From an uncultured Ignavibacteriales bacterium (GTDB taxonomy: Bacteria > Zixibacteria > MSB-5A5 > GN15 > FEB-12): a stretch of DNA of 60,964 nucleotides. Both the position numbers and the translations under genes were made by a program. The notes beneath the pieces are model-generated. The model was not told where the DNA came from, made no database searches, and saw nothing but the letters and a program-made list of their open reading frames with translations. Location of the stretch: positions 3,451-64,414 of the forward strand of contig CAZUAS010000002.1 in NCBI GenBank assembly GCA_964618515.1, given 5' to 3'. Shown one piece after another: positions 18,673 to 28,857 of this stretch. Each line of letters opens with the position of its first letter. Within the stretch, counting starts at the first letter, position 1.

Positions 18673-20208
18673 TTATTCCCATTCGATTGTAGCCGGCGGC
18701 TTGGAGGAAATATCGTAAGTGACGCGGTTAACCCCCTTGACATGGCGAATAATCCGGTTGGAGATGTGCGCCAGAAGGTCGGGGTCGATGCGCGCCCAAT
18801 CGGCTGTCATGGCGTCAACCGAGGTCACCGCTCGAAGAGCCACGACATTTTCATAGGTTCTTTCGTCCCCCATTACGCCGACCGCTTTGACCGGCAGAAG
18901 CACCGCGAAAGCCTGCCAGATTTCATCGTAGAGGTTATGCCGGCGGAGTTCCTCGATAAAAATGGCGTCAACCTCGCGCAGTAAATCCAGCCGTTCTCGG
19001 GTTACAGGTCCCAGTATCCTGACCGCCAGCCCCGGCCCGGGAAACGGGTGTCGCCGGACGAATTGTTCCGATAAACCCAGCGCCCGCCCCAGAGCTCTTA
19101 CCTCATCTTTAAACAGCTCCCGCAAAGGTTCAATCAACCTGAGTTTCATGTGTTCTTTCAGCCCCCCGACATTATGATGTGATTTAATCGTCACCGATGG
19201 ACCTTTGAAGGAGACCGATTCTATGACGTCAGGATACAGCGTTCCCTGCCCCAGAAAATCAATGTCTCCGATTTTTTCGGCTTCCGCTTCGAAAACATCA
19301 ATGAAGGTGTTACCGATAATCTTCCGTTTTTGCTCCGGGTCTTCCACTCCCGCCAGCCGCTCTAGGAATATATCGGAGGCATCGACCTTATGCAGGTTTA
19401 TTCCCAGCGATTCAAGCAGGTTGCCGACTTCGTGGAACTCGTTTTTGCGAAGGACGCCGTTATTGACGAAGACCGCATGCAGGTTGTTCCCGATTGCCCG
19501 ATGCAGCAATATAGCCGCCACCGAGGAATCCACCCCGCCGGATATGCCCAGGAGAACCTTTCCCCTGCCGACCTGTTTTTTTATTTTCGCTATCGCTTCA
19601 TCGATAAACGACTCCGTCGTCCAGTCCCCCTTCAGACCACAAATCCTGTAGAGAAAATTATGCAGTATCTTCTCCCCTTCGATGGTATGATGGACTTCAG
19701 GATGAAACTGCAAACCATAGACGCTTCTTTTCTCGTCGGCAATAGCCGCCACTTGCAATGAATCAGTGGAGCCGATAACGCGAAAACCCTCGGGCAGTCT
19801 GACGATGGAATCGCCATGCGACATCCACACCCGGCTTTCCGGTTTAATTCCCTGGAACAAAAGACCGTCATCGACCACCTTAAAAGTCGAGGCGCCGTAC
19901 TCACGGTTGGTGCTTCTGACCAGCTGCCCGCCATGATAATCAGCCAAAAGCTGCATTCCGTAACAAACCCCCAGAACAGGCTGCTCCTGCCGGTAAAAGG
20001 AAGCCGGTAAACGCGGGGAATCAGGGTCAGCCAGCGAGGCCGGACCGCCCGAGAGGATATAACCGGATACCTTCCGGTTGGCATATTTATCCAGTTCGAC
20101 ATTATAGGGGACAATTTCACAATAGACATGAGCCTCGCGTACCCGGCGGGCAATTAACTGAGTGTACTGCGAACCAAAATCCAGTATCAAAATCATTTCA
20201 TGAGACAT
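18673..20208 (-). CDS. guaA: GMP synthase (glutamine-hydrolysing)
   Basis: 511 aa. GATase1 CYGMQL, PP-loop SGGVDSS and canonical C-terminus KPPATIEWE. Confidence 0.97.
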   Translation of the reverse strand: MSHEMILILDFGSQYTQLIARRVREAHVYCEIVPYNVELDKYANRKVSGYILSGGPASLADPDSPRLPASFYRQEQPVLGVCYGMQLLADYHGGQLVRSTNREYGASTFKVVDDGLLFQGIKPESRVWMSHGDSIVRLPEGFRVIGSTDSLQVAAIADEKRSVYGLQFHPEVHHTIEGEKILHNFLYRICGLKGDWTTESFIDEAIAKIKKQVGRGKVLLGISGGVDSSVAAILLHRAIGNNLHAVFVNNGVLRKNEFHEVGNLLESLGINLHKVDASDIFLERLAGVEDPEQKRKIIGNTFIDVFEAEAEKIGDIDFLGQGTLYPDVIESVSFKGPSVTIKSHHNVGGLKEHMKLRLIEPLRELFKDEVRALGRALGLSEQFVRRHPFPGPGLAVRILGPVTRERLDLLREVDAIFIEELRRHNLYDEIWQAFAVLLPVKAVGVMGDERTYENVVALRAVTSVDAMTADWARIDPDLLAHISNRIIRHVKGVNRVTYDISSKPPATIEWE

Positions 20209-20210
20209 AA

Positions 20211-21815
20211 CTAACTTTTCCTGTCTTTAGTTTTACCCGGTAAAACCGTATCATGCAAAAACGACGGGTCTGTTTCAGTTCGGTCTTCCAGATAATGCAA
20301 ACCGCGCGATTCCTTTCGGGAAATAGCCGACCTTATAATCAACTCCGCCACGGTGGCGATATTGCGAAGTTCCACAACTTGCACGGTGGCCGGAGTAGCA
20401 AAATAATACTCCTCCACCGCGTTTTTTATCTGCAATGCCCGTTCCAGTGCCAGGGCAAGACGTTCTTCCGTACGAACGATACCGACGAAATCCGACATGA
20501 CCCGGGTTAATTGGTGACGGTCATGGGCAATTACAATTTTTTCCCGCGGATAATGCAAAGTGGAATAAAGAAGATTGTCCACCGGAACAGCTTCCGGAAA
20601 ATGAGAATGTTTGAAGAAATCATAAGATTTCCGGGCGGCGAAACGCGAAATCACAACCGCCTCCAGAAGAGAATTGGACGCCAGCCGATTAGCCCCGTGC
20701 ATTCCCGTCATGGCTACTTCCCCGGCTACATATAATCCCGGTAGAGAGGTTTCACCGTTGATATCGCTGACAACGCCTCCGCAGGCATAATGAGCCGCCG
20801 GAACCACCGGTATTGACCGCTTCGTTATATCGAAACCATACTTGAGACAATTACGATAAATATTAGGGAAACGCTTTTTAATAAATGATTCCCCCCGGTG
20901 ACTGATGGTCAAGAGAACATATTCTTCACCGGTCTGTTTGAGTTCGCGGTCAATAGCCCGCGCCACGATATCACGCGGGGCCAGGTCTTTAAGCTCATGG
21001 TCTTCCATAATAAACCGGCCATCGACCGATTTTAACCGTCCTCCCTCACCGCGAACAGCCTCGGAAATTAAAAACGGGCGCCGTCCCGGGCTGTACAGGG
21101 TGGTAGGGTGAAATTGAATAAACTCAAGGTTGGCGACGGACACCCCGGCGCGATAAGCGATCGCCACACCGTCGCCGGTGGCGATTTTGGGATTCGAAGT
21201 ATGAAAATAAACCTGCCCTAATCCGCCGGTAGCCAGTAAAGTCACCGGGGCGTAAAAAGAGCTGAACTCCCTTTCCGATTCGCAGAAAACAAAAGCCCCG
21301 GCACAACAATCCCTGCCGGCCAGGGTATAAGTAATTAAATCAAGCACCATGTGGTCAGGAAAAATATCAATATTTTTTTTATAAGACCGACAGGCCTTGA
21401 TAAGCGCCCGCTCTATTTCCCGGCCGGTTAAATCCGAAGCATGCACCACTCTCTTGGCGGAATGACCGCCTTCCCGACCCAGATCAAACTGACCATCGAC
21501 CCTGGTGAAGCGTACCCCATATTCCATTAATTCTTCTATGGCGGAAGGCCCGTTTTCTATTACCTGCTCGACGACATCTTTATGACACAGGCCGCAACCT
21601 ACTTTCAGAGTATCTTCGATATGTTTTTCAAAAGAGTCATTTTTGTCAAAAACAGCGGCTATTCCACCTTGTGCCCGGTTGGTGTTTGTATCGCTTTCGT
21701 CGGTTTTGGTGATGATGGCAATTTTTACTTTGGAATCTTTTTCCACCACCTGCAGGGCGTAAAAAAGACCCGCAATCCCGCTTCCGATTACCAGAAAATC
21801 GTACCGCCGTTCCAT
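20211..21815 (-). CDS. nadB: L-aspartate oxidase
   Basis: 534 aa. FAD fold DFLVIGSGIAGL. Length and conserved blocks (RAQGGIAA, HPT..) fit the NadB/fumarate reductase flavoprotein family. Confidence 0.92.
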   Translation of the reverse strand: MERRYDFLVIGSGIAGLFYALQVVEKDSKVKIAIITKTDESDTNTNRAQGGIAAVFDKNDSFEKHIEDTLKVGCGLCHKDVVEQVIENGPSAIEELMEYGVRFTRVDGQFDLGREGGHSAKRVVHASDLTGREIERALIKACRSYKKNIDIFPDHMVLDLITYTLAGRDCCAGAFVFCESEREFSSFYAPVTLLATGGLGQVYFHTSNPKIATGDGVAIAYRAGVSVANLEFIQFHPTTLYSPGRRPFLISEAVRGEGGRLKSVDGRFIMEDHELKDLAPRDIVARAIDRELKQTGEEYVLLTISHRGESFIKKRFPNIYRNCLKYGFDITKRSIPVVPAAHYACGGVVSDINGETSLPGLYVAGEVAMTGMHGANRLASNSLLEAVVISRFAARKSYDFFKHSHFPEAVPVDNLLYSTLHYPREKIVIAHDRHQLTRVMSDFVGIVRTEERLALALERALQIKNAVEEYYFATPATVQVVELRNIATVAELIIRSAISRKESRGLHYLEDRTETDPSFLHDTVLPGKTKDRKS

Positions 21816-22900
21816 TAACTCTCCTGTTTTTTTAAATCAAGCCTGGTCATGATGAATTCCATCAGCTTTTCTTCTCCGGGATTCAAATCCACCGATAAAT
21901 CAAGATAATATATTTCACGACCAAAATCAAAATTTCCCAACTTTACCCAGTCTTTACTGGTCGTAACAATTACGTCCGAATCAAGCTCCTCCGCCATGGC
22001 TTTTATTTCTTCAAGCAGAGTCTGGTCGTATTGCTGATGGTCCGATAATTCCCAGGCATAGTCAAGGTCGCCGGACAAGGCAAAAACCTGTTTTTTCAAA
22101 ACCTCGAAATTACCCACCCCGGCAAACAGGAAAACCGACTTATCCTCAAGATATTTAACCGGCATACTCTGACCAGGGCTGACCAGGGAGGTAATCGAAA
22201 AGGCGGCATTATAATAATCCGCCTTGGGATGTATTTTTTGAAGACGCTTCATGAGAAGATTCAGGTCTTTGGCAAACCGGGAACGGGTCACCACCACGAT
22301 ATCGGCCCGTCTTATAGCCGACACCGGTTCACGAAGAATGCCATATGGAAAAGGCTTAAGTAATCTCTTTTTAACACCGGCGTCATATGTAACCAGGTTG
22401 ATATCTCGCCCCAGTTTAAAGTGCTGATAACCGTCATCGATAATAATGACATCGACTTTGTTCATTTCGGCGAGCTTCATGGCCGCTTCGGTCTTTGATT
22501 CGTGAACAGCGAAGTACGCTTCCGGTAACTCATGCGCCAACAGCATGACTTCATCCCCAGTCACATGGACATCCATCTTCTGTACCTTGTACCCCGGTTT
22601 TACGAAAGCGATTTTTTTGGTTCGGCCGTAACCGGAGGATACGATACCCACCCTGATTTCCTCATTCAAAAAAAACCGGGAAATAAATGCCACCATTGGT
22701 GTTTTACCGGAACCGCCGACCGTAATATTACCCACCGATAAAACGGGGATGTTAATTTTAACCGGTTTTCCGGAAGTTATTTTTTTTATAAAAAACAGGA
22801 AACGATAAAAGTAAGAAGCCAGCCACAGGAAAAAAGCGACCACCCGCCAAAACGAAAAACCCTGGCTGCGAATTATCTTTTTCCAGATTTCTTCAACCAT
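21815..22900 (-). CDS. lpxK: Tetraacyldisaccharide 4'-kinase
   Basis: 361 aa. N-terminal TM helix and P-loop VGNITVGGSGKTP. Sits within the lipid A gene context. Confidence 0.85.
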   Translation of the reverse strand: MVEEIWKKIIRSQGFSFWRVVAFFLWLASYFYRFLFFIKKITSGKPVKINIPVLSVGNITVGGSGKTPMVAFISRFFLNEEIRVGIVSSGYGRTKKIAFVKPGYKVQKMDVHVTGDEVMLLAHELPEAYFAVHESKTEAAMKLAEMNKVDVIIIDDGYQHFKLGRDINLVTYDAGVKKRLLKPFPYGILREPVSAIRRADIVVVTRSRFAKDLNLLMKRLQKIHPKADYYNAAFSITSLVSPGQSMPVKYLEDKSVFLFAGVGNFEVLKKQVFALSGDLDYAWELSDHQQYDQTLLEEIKAMAEELDSDVIVTTSKDWVKLGNFDFGREIYYLDLSVDLNPGEEKLMEFIMTRLDLKKQES

Positions 22901-24164
22901 GTTCGATTCTTTCCAGAAGATAACAGCCCACCTTCGCCGTAACCGATCGTTGCATATCCTTGGTGGACTTAACGGCGAATTTTTTCTCCCCCCGAAGCAC
23001 CTGTTCTATTATCTTTTCCAGTTCGCTTGCCGAATCCGCTCGGGCACCGAAATTACCGTTTATAATATAATCCGCGGCTTCCATAACGTTGTCAAGCGAT
23101 GGTCCGAAAAGCACCGGCGTCCCGGCCCAGACCGGTTCCAGCAGGTTATGACCGCCGATTGGCACCAGAGTACCACCGACAAAAGCAAGGTCCGCGGCCA
23201 GGTATAATTCGTTTAAAGGACCCATGCGGTTTATCAAAACAAGACTTTTCCTTTTATTGTCAGCCCCGGGAGGAACCTGCCCGGTAAGAGATAAACCATC
23301 GTAAATATTATAACCAAACCCATTTCTTTCCAAAAGAGCTTTTATATCTTCAATTCGTTCCAGATGCCGCGGGGCTACCGCCAGGACCAGTTTTTCATGC
23401 CTTTTTTTCAAATTTTTAAAGATTTCCATCAGCATCTCTTCTTCGCCAGGCCGGGTGGAACCCGCTACCAGCAGGAAATCTTCTCTTTTGAAACCAATTT
23501 TTTCCCGGTTCTGCCTAATCTTTACTTCCGACCGGTCCGGCACGGGGGCATCAAACTTCATATCTCCGGCACAAACCGTTTTTTCCGGGGCGACGCCAAA
23601 ATAAAGATATCGCTTCAAGTCGTCCTCCGTTTTAAAAAAGAAACGTTCATATCGTGCCAGGAGTTTTACAAAAAAAGGTCTCAACCATTTGTACTTATTA
23701 AAGGCCCTGGCCGACATGCGACCGTTTATCAGAATAATCGGAAGATTGCACCGTGACGCTTCCAGAACCAGATTCGGCCAGATTTCGGTTTCCGCAATCA
23801 CCAGCATATCAGGTCTCAAGTTTTTTAACAACTTCCGCATCAAAGGCGATGTATCGATCGGCAGATAAGCTAAAGCGACTTTATTACCCAGCGTGGCGAG
23901 TGCTGTCTTATAGCCGGTGCGGGTCATGGTCGTCAGAAATATGCTCAGGGAAGGGTTTTTTTCAAGAAGGTATTCTACCAGGAGCCCGATTATTTTGACT
24001 TCGCCTACCGAAGCGGCATGAAGCCAGATATTTTTTTGTCCAATATCATTATTTAAAACGAGTCGGCCTTTCCATAAAGGGTCACCGGTCGCCGCTTTCA
24101 ATCGAGCGTAAGGATACACTGCCAGGTAAATCAAAAAACTGAATATTTTATATATGAAAATCAT
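22893..24164 (-). CDS. waaA: 3-deoxy-D-manno-octulosonic acid (Kdo) transferase
   Basis: 423 aa. GT30 N-terminal motif IWLHAASVGE. Overlaps lpxK by 8 nt. Confidence 0.88.
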   Translation of the reverse strand: MIFIYKIFSFLIYLAVYPYARLKAATGDPLWKGRLVLNNDIGQKNIWLHAASVGEVKIIGLLVEYLLEKNPSLSIFLTTMTRTGYKTALATLGNKVALAYLPIDTSPLMRKLLKNLRPDMLVIAETEIWPNLVLEASRCNLPIILINGRMSARAFNKYKWLRPFFVKLLARYERFFFKTEDDLKRYLYFGVAPEKTVCAGDMKFDAPVPDRSEVKIRQNREKIGFKREDFLLVAGSTRPGEEEMLMEIFKNLKKRHEKLVLAVAPRHLERIEDIKALLERNGFGYNIYDGLSLTGQVPPGADNKRKSLVLINRMGPLNELYLAADLAFVGGTLVPIGGHNLLEPVWAGTPVLFGPSLDNVMEAADYIINGNFGARADSASELEKIIEQVLRGEKKFAVKSTKDMQRSVTAKVGCYLLERIEHG

Positions 24165-25264
24165 AAATATTCCCGGACAAGTGCCGCCGCCCGCCGAGAA
24201 GCTCCTGTCCCACCCAGTACAGCTGGTAGCCTGTCCAGTTTTTCTTTGACCTTTTCAGTATAAGAAGCATCCAGCAGGAATTTTTCAAGTTCTACAGCCA
24301 TCATTTCCGGAGTCGCCTGGTGCTGTACAAGTTCCGGTACCGCTTTGTCATTCAAAACCAGATTGACCAGACCAATCATTTTCAATCTTACCAGCCGACG
24401 GGCGATGTGGTACGTTACAAAACCAGTCTTATAAATAACCACCATGGGTCTGCCGATAATCCCCGCTTCCAGGGTGGCGGTGCCTGAAGAAGTTAAAACC
24501 AGGCGGCTTTCATAGATTACCTGACGGGCGTTATCATAGGTAATCACGACTTTATCAGCTAATCCTTCAGAAGCCTTTTCATAATCATAGCGCCCCCTGA
24601 TACCGGCAATGACCGGAGTAATATCATATTTTTTCCGAAGAATGGCGACGGCCTGTAACATGGGGCGAAGCATCCGGTCAATCTCCTGCGGGCGGGAACC
24701 GGGCAACAGGGCCAGCCGGTTTTCAGACGGCAACGACGAACGGATATAAGCAGAAGGAATATCATCCAGAAGATAATGGCCCACAAAACTACTCTTCACT
24801 TTGTTCTCAGTATAGAGCTCTGTTTCAAAAGGCAGGATGTACATCATCAGATCCACCAGGTGATTTATCTTTTTGAGCCGCTCCTTTCCCCATGCCCATA
24901 CCTGGGGAGAGATATAATAAACCACCGGAATCCCGAGCGGTTTTATTTTTTCAGCCAGGCGGAGATTGAACCCGGGATAATCGACCAGCAGAACCAGAGC
25001 CGGCCGTCGCTTTTTTATTTGTTCCAAACAATGGAAAAAAAGACGCCTGAAAAAAAAATATTTTCGTGCCACCTCCCAGAAACCAAGCACCGCCAGGTCA
25101 TGGCTCTTGGCCAGTTGTTCTTGACCGAGTTGATGCAATTTCGGGCCCCCCAGGCCGAAAAAGGAAACATCTGGAACCATACTTTTAAGTACCATAATAA
25201 GATGACTGACGGCATTGTCTCCCGAGGGATCCCCCGCTGAGATGAATATCAATGGTTTCCCCAT
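24161..25264 (-). CDS. lpxB: Lipid-A-disaccharide synthase
   Basis: 367 aa. GT19 start IFISAGDPSGD. Overlaps waaA by 4 nt. Confidence 0.9.
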   Translation of the reverse strand: MGKPLIFISAGDPSGDNAVSHLIMVLKSMVPDVSFFGLGGPKLHQLGQEQLAKSHDLAVLGFWEVARKYFFFRRLFFHCLEQIKKRRPALVLLVDYPGFNLRLAEKIKPLGIPVVYYISPQVWAWGKERLKKINHLVDLMMYILPFETELYTENKVKSSFVGHYLLDDIPSAYIRSSLPSENRLALLPGSRPQEIDRMLRPMLQAVAILRKKYDITPVIAGIRGRYDYEKASEGLADKVVITYDNARQVIYESRLVLTSSGTATLEAGIIGRPMVVIYKTGFVTYHIARRLVRLKMIGLVNLVLNDKAVPELVQHQATPEMMAVELEKFLLDASYTEKVKEKLDRLPAVLGGTGASRRAAALVREYL

Positions 25265-26260
25265 CTAATCCGTATCCGCTTCCATCATGCGAGCGATTGA
25301 ATTCAGGCCGATGCGTTCAATTTCGAGAGCGACCCGCAAAGCCTCGGCCGCTTCTTCAATCGTTACCGCCACCGGGGTTTCATTGACCACCGCCTTCAAA
25401 AAAGTTTCCAGCTCCAGACCCAGCATATCTTCACCGGTATCAGATACTTTTTTATAAACCAGATGTTTGCCGGATTTACCCAGAGGGACGCGCATACCGT
25501 CGAATCCGTTTTCTCCGGCGGCCAGACGGTACAGGTCAGCCTGTTTGCCGGCCAGGTCAATCGAATAATAACCGGATTTTTCGAAAATTCGTATTTTCCG
25601 CATACTGTGAAGCGAGATACGCGAAGCGGTAAGATTGGCCACGGCGCCGTTTTCAAATGTCAACCGGGCATTGGCGATATCGGCTTGCTCGGACACCACG
25701 GCCACGGCCGAGGCCTGGATATCGGCGATTTTCGATTTGATAAAATAAAGTGTCAGGTCGATATCGTGAATCATGAGGTCAAGTACCACCGCTACATCGG
25801 TTCCCCGCGGGTCAAACGCCGCCAGACGGTGAGCTTCGATAAACGACGGCCTGATATTCAGATTTTTAAAAGCCAGGACTGCCGGATTGAAACGTTCTAT
25901 CTGCCCAACCGTGACTTTTACTTTTTGCTCAGCCGCCAGCTTCTGCAGGGCGGAAGCCTGTGACAGACTCGAAGTCATCGGTTTTTCAATAAAACAATGA
26001 ATACCTCTTTCCATCAGGTATCGGGCAACCTCATAATGAAGTGTTGTCGGCACGACAATCGATACCAATTCCACTTCGCTCGCCAGCCGTTCCAGGGAAG
26101 CGAAAGCGGTGATATTATATTCAGCGGCGTATTTATCGGCTTTTTCCCGGTCAATATCATAAAGACCGATAAGCTGCGACTGAGGCAGGCGGGCGAGCCA
26201 CTTGAGATGGTGACGTCCCAGCGAGCCCACTCCTACCACGGCTGTTTTTATCTTTAACAT
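25265..26260 (-). CDS. Gfo/Idh/MocA-family NAD(P) oxidoreductase embedded in the lipid A operon
   Basis: 331 aa. Rossmann AVVGVGSLGRHH and the family motif CFIEKPM. Abuts the lpxB start. Confidence 0.85.
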   Translation of the reverse strand: MLKIKTAVVGVGSLGRHHLKWLARLPQSQLIGLYDIDREKADKYAAEYNITAFASLERLASEVELVSIVVPTTLHYEVARYLMERGIHCFIEKPMTSSLSQASALQKLAAEQKVKVTVGQIERFNPAVLAFKNLNIRPSFIEAHRLAAFDPRGTDVAVVLDLMIHDIDLTLYFIKSKIADIQASAVAVVSEQADIANARLTFENGAVANLTASRISLHSMRKIRIFEKSGYYSIDLAGKQADLYRLAAGENGFDGMRVPLGKSGKHLVYKKVSDTGEDMLGLELETFLKAVVNETPVAVTIEEAAEALRVALEIERIGLNSIARMMEADTD

Positions 26261-26306
26261 ATCTATAGTATGTTTATAAAAGTTATAACCGTCCCGGAAA
26301 CCGGAA

Positions 26307-27080
26307 TTATTTCGTCAAGCCACGGTCCGAACGCTCTATAAATTCAAGGATTATCTTAATCTCAGGGATAACTTCCATTTCCCCTTTTATCCGTTCCACC
26401 GCCTGAGTGGTGTTTAAACCGGAGAAAAAAAGAAACTTGAAAGCTTTTTCGAGTGCTTCAATTACTTCCTTTTTAAAACCCCGACGATGAAGCCCGATTT
26501 TATTGACGCCGACCACCTTCAGAGGATACCCGCCCATTAACGCATAGGGACAGACATCCTGCGGTACCCGAAAACCCCCGCCAATCATACTGTGTGTTCC
26601 GATTTTGACAAACTGGTGTACCGGTAGAACGCCGCCCAGAATAGCGTAATCATGGATTTCGATATGTCCGGCCAGGTTAACGGAGTTGGCCATGATGACA
26701 TTATCCCCGATATGGCAGTCATGGGCGGAATGAGCATAGGCCATTAAAAGACAATTTTTGCCGATTCTGGTTTCCCCGGTCGCTTTGGTGCCGCGATTAA
26801 CAGTAACATATTCACGGATAACGGTATTGTCGCCGATAACAGCCCTGGTTTTTTCACCTTCGAATTTCAAATCCTGGGGCTCGGTGCCGATTACCGCCCC
26901 ATGTGATACTTTTACATTCTCTCCCAGTTCCGCCCCGGTAGCTAACAGAACGGAAGAAGCGATTCTTGTACCTTTGCCGATTATAACACCCTCCTCCACG
27001 ATAGAGTAAGGACCAATCGTAACGTCATCGGCAATTACGGCCTTGGGAGATACAATAGCGGTTTTGTGAATGTCCATCAT
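26307..27080 (-). CDS. lpxA: Acyl-ACP--UDP-N-acetylglucosamine O-acyltransferase
   Basis: 257 aa. Left-handed beta-helix hexapeptide repeats plus the LpxA C-terminal helical domain. Confidence 0.92.
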   Translation of the reverse strand: MMDIHKTAIVSPKAVIADDVTIGPYSIVEEGVIIGKGTRIASSVLLATGAELGENVKVSHGAVIGTEPQDLKFEGEKTRAVIGDNTVIREYVTVNRGTKATGETRIGKNCLLMAYAHSAHDCHIGDNVIMANSVNLAGHIEIHDYAILGGVLPVHQFVKIGTHSMIGGGFRVPQDVCPYALMGGYPLKVVGVNKIGLHRRGFKKEVIEALEKAFKFLFFSGLNTTQAVERIKGEMEVIPEIKIILEFIERSDRGLTK

Positions 27081-28468
27081 CGGTCAATCACCATGGCCAT
27101 AAAATCTGCATTGGCAACCAGGGTTTCACCCACAAACGCCTTGCCAGCCATTTTACAGGTACCGCGGCGGAAGGATACCATATCCATTTCAAACCGGAGC
27201 TGGTCGCCGGGTACAACCGGTTGTCGAAAACGGGCGTTATCAATAGCCATGAAATAAACCAGTTTCTTTTCAGGTTCTTCGACGGCATTTAGAAGCAATA
27301 CTCCTCCGGTTTGCGCCATTGCCTCAAGTATCAATACCCCGGGCATTATGGGGTGTCCGGGGAAATGCCCCTGGAAGAAAGGTTCGTTGATGGTTACATT
27401 TTTTATGCCCACAACTTTCTTCTCCGGTTCCAGGTCAAGAATGCGGTCCACCAGGAGGAAAGGATAACGATGGGGCATGATACTGGAAATGGCATTAATA
27501 TCCAGAAAGTGTTTACTCTCCCCGACCGCGTAGCGACTGGCGATTTTTTTCTTCTTGTAAAGCTTGCGCATCCGGCGGGCTAGCTCCACGTTGGCTTTAT
27601 GCCCCGACCGACCGGCCAGAACATGACCCTTGAAAGGTACCCCGATTAAAAACAGGTCCCCCAGCAAATCGAGTGTTTTATGCCTGACCGGCTCATTATA
27701 AAAACGAAGAGGGATATCATTGATTATGCCGGTTTTCCCGACAAACGCCTGGCCTTTTAAATTTAAAGCGTTACGAATACGGTCCACCTCAATTTGACCT
27801 AAATCGGAATCGTATATGACAATAGCATTATCCAGACTGCCGCCCTTGATTAAACCGGCCGCCTTGAGCATCTCTACTTCCGAAAGAAAACAAAAAGTCC
27901 GTGCCGGGGCAAACTCCTCAACGAATTCCTTCTCAAGGTCCTGTAAAGTGGTATACTGAGTGCCCAGAGCCGGATTTTTGTAATCGATCATGAAGGTTAT
28001 ACGAAGGTCATTTGAGGGAGTAACTACCAGGTCCACCTGGCGCTCCGGCTCGCTCAAGGACATCGGCGTATCAATCTCCAGGTAATCTTTGTCCGCTTCC
28101 TGATTTTCTATACCGGCTTCGAGGATTTTATCGACATATGGCTTGGCGGAACCATCCCCTACCGGTGGTTCATTATTATCCAGCTCCACTATCATGTTGT
28201 CCAGTTGAAGACCGGCGAAAGTAGCCAGAACATGCTCCACCGTATAAACCTTGGCTTCTCCCTTCTGGAGTGTTGTTCCCCGAGAGATATCCACTACATG
28301 GTCAATATCGGCGATAACCGAAGGCTGGCCTTCAAGGTCGGTTCGTACAAAACGAATCCCCGAATCAGGCGGGGCCGGCTTGAAAGTCATTGTACAATTA
28401 TTACCGGTATGCAAACCAATACCGGTCATCGAAATCTGGCTTCGTATAGTTCTTTGCTTTTCAAACAT
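27077..28468 (-). CDS. lpxC/fabZ: Bifunctional UDP-3-O-acyl-GlcNAc deacetylase / 3-hydroxyacyl-ACP dehydratase (LpxC-FabZ fusion)
   Basis: 463 aa. N-terminal LpxC blocks (GIGLHTG, GRSGHKANVEL). C-terminal FabZ hotdog (LPHRYPFLLVDRI, FFQGHFPGHPIMPGVL). Confidence 0.92.
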   Translation of the reverse strand: MFEKQRTIRSQISMTGIGLHTGNNCTMTFKPAPPDSGIRFVRTDLEGQPSVIADIDHVVDISRGTTLQKGEAKVYTVEHVLATFAGLQLDNMIVELDNNEPPVGDGSAKPYVDKILEAGIENQEADKDYLEIDTPMSLSEPERQVDLVVTPSNDLRITFMIDYKNPALGTQYTTLQDLEKEFVEEFAPARTFCFLSEVEMLKAAGLIKGGSLDNAIVIYDSDLGQIEVDRIRNALNLKGQAFVGKTGIINDIPLRFYNEPVRHKTLDLLGDLFLIGVPFKGHVLAGRSGHKANVELARRMRKLYKKKKIASRYAVGESKHFLDINAISSIMPHRYPFLLVDRILDLEPEKKVVGIKNVTINEPFFQGHFPGHPIMPGVLILEAMAQTGGVLLLNAVEEPEKKLVYFMAIDNARFRQPVVPGDQLRFEMDMVSFRRGTCKMAGKAFVGETLVANADFMAMVIDR

Positions 28469-28585
28469 AATCTTAAGTTCTCTAATAAGTTACATGATTA
28501 TACAAATATCCTTGAAGCCTTTCAAGACTTTTTTATTTTTTTCCTTATTCCTGGCTTCAAACAAATATTATAGGAAAGTTTTATC

Positions 28586-28606
28586 GATGTTTCAAGTTGA
28601 AACATC
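28586..28606. promoter_or_regulatory. Perfect 21-bp palindrome (candidate operator) in the lpxC / secreted-giant divergent region
   Basis: GATGTTTCAA-G-TTGAAACATC, with no adjacent T-run. A second inverted repeat CTTGAA-GCCT-TTCAAG lies at 28511-28526. Confidence 0.4.
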
Positions 28607-28857
28607 ACAATTTAAATCCTGTCGAAAATCACTATAATTGACTCGCACACTAACAAAAAAAATAAGGTTTCGCCGTTCTTTTGTTGTGAAAGTAAGTTTC
28701 TGTAATAACAATAGTTAAGAGAACCTCTCAAGATCCGATTAATAAGAAAAATATTCATGTTTTGTTAATCTTATAATAAAAAAAGTCTTTCATAAAAGAG
28801 GTTTTTTTTGTATTATATCTTTGGACTGATTTACTACTTACCTATTAGGGAAGCAAC

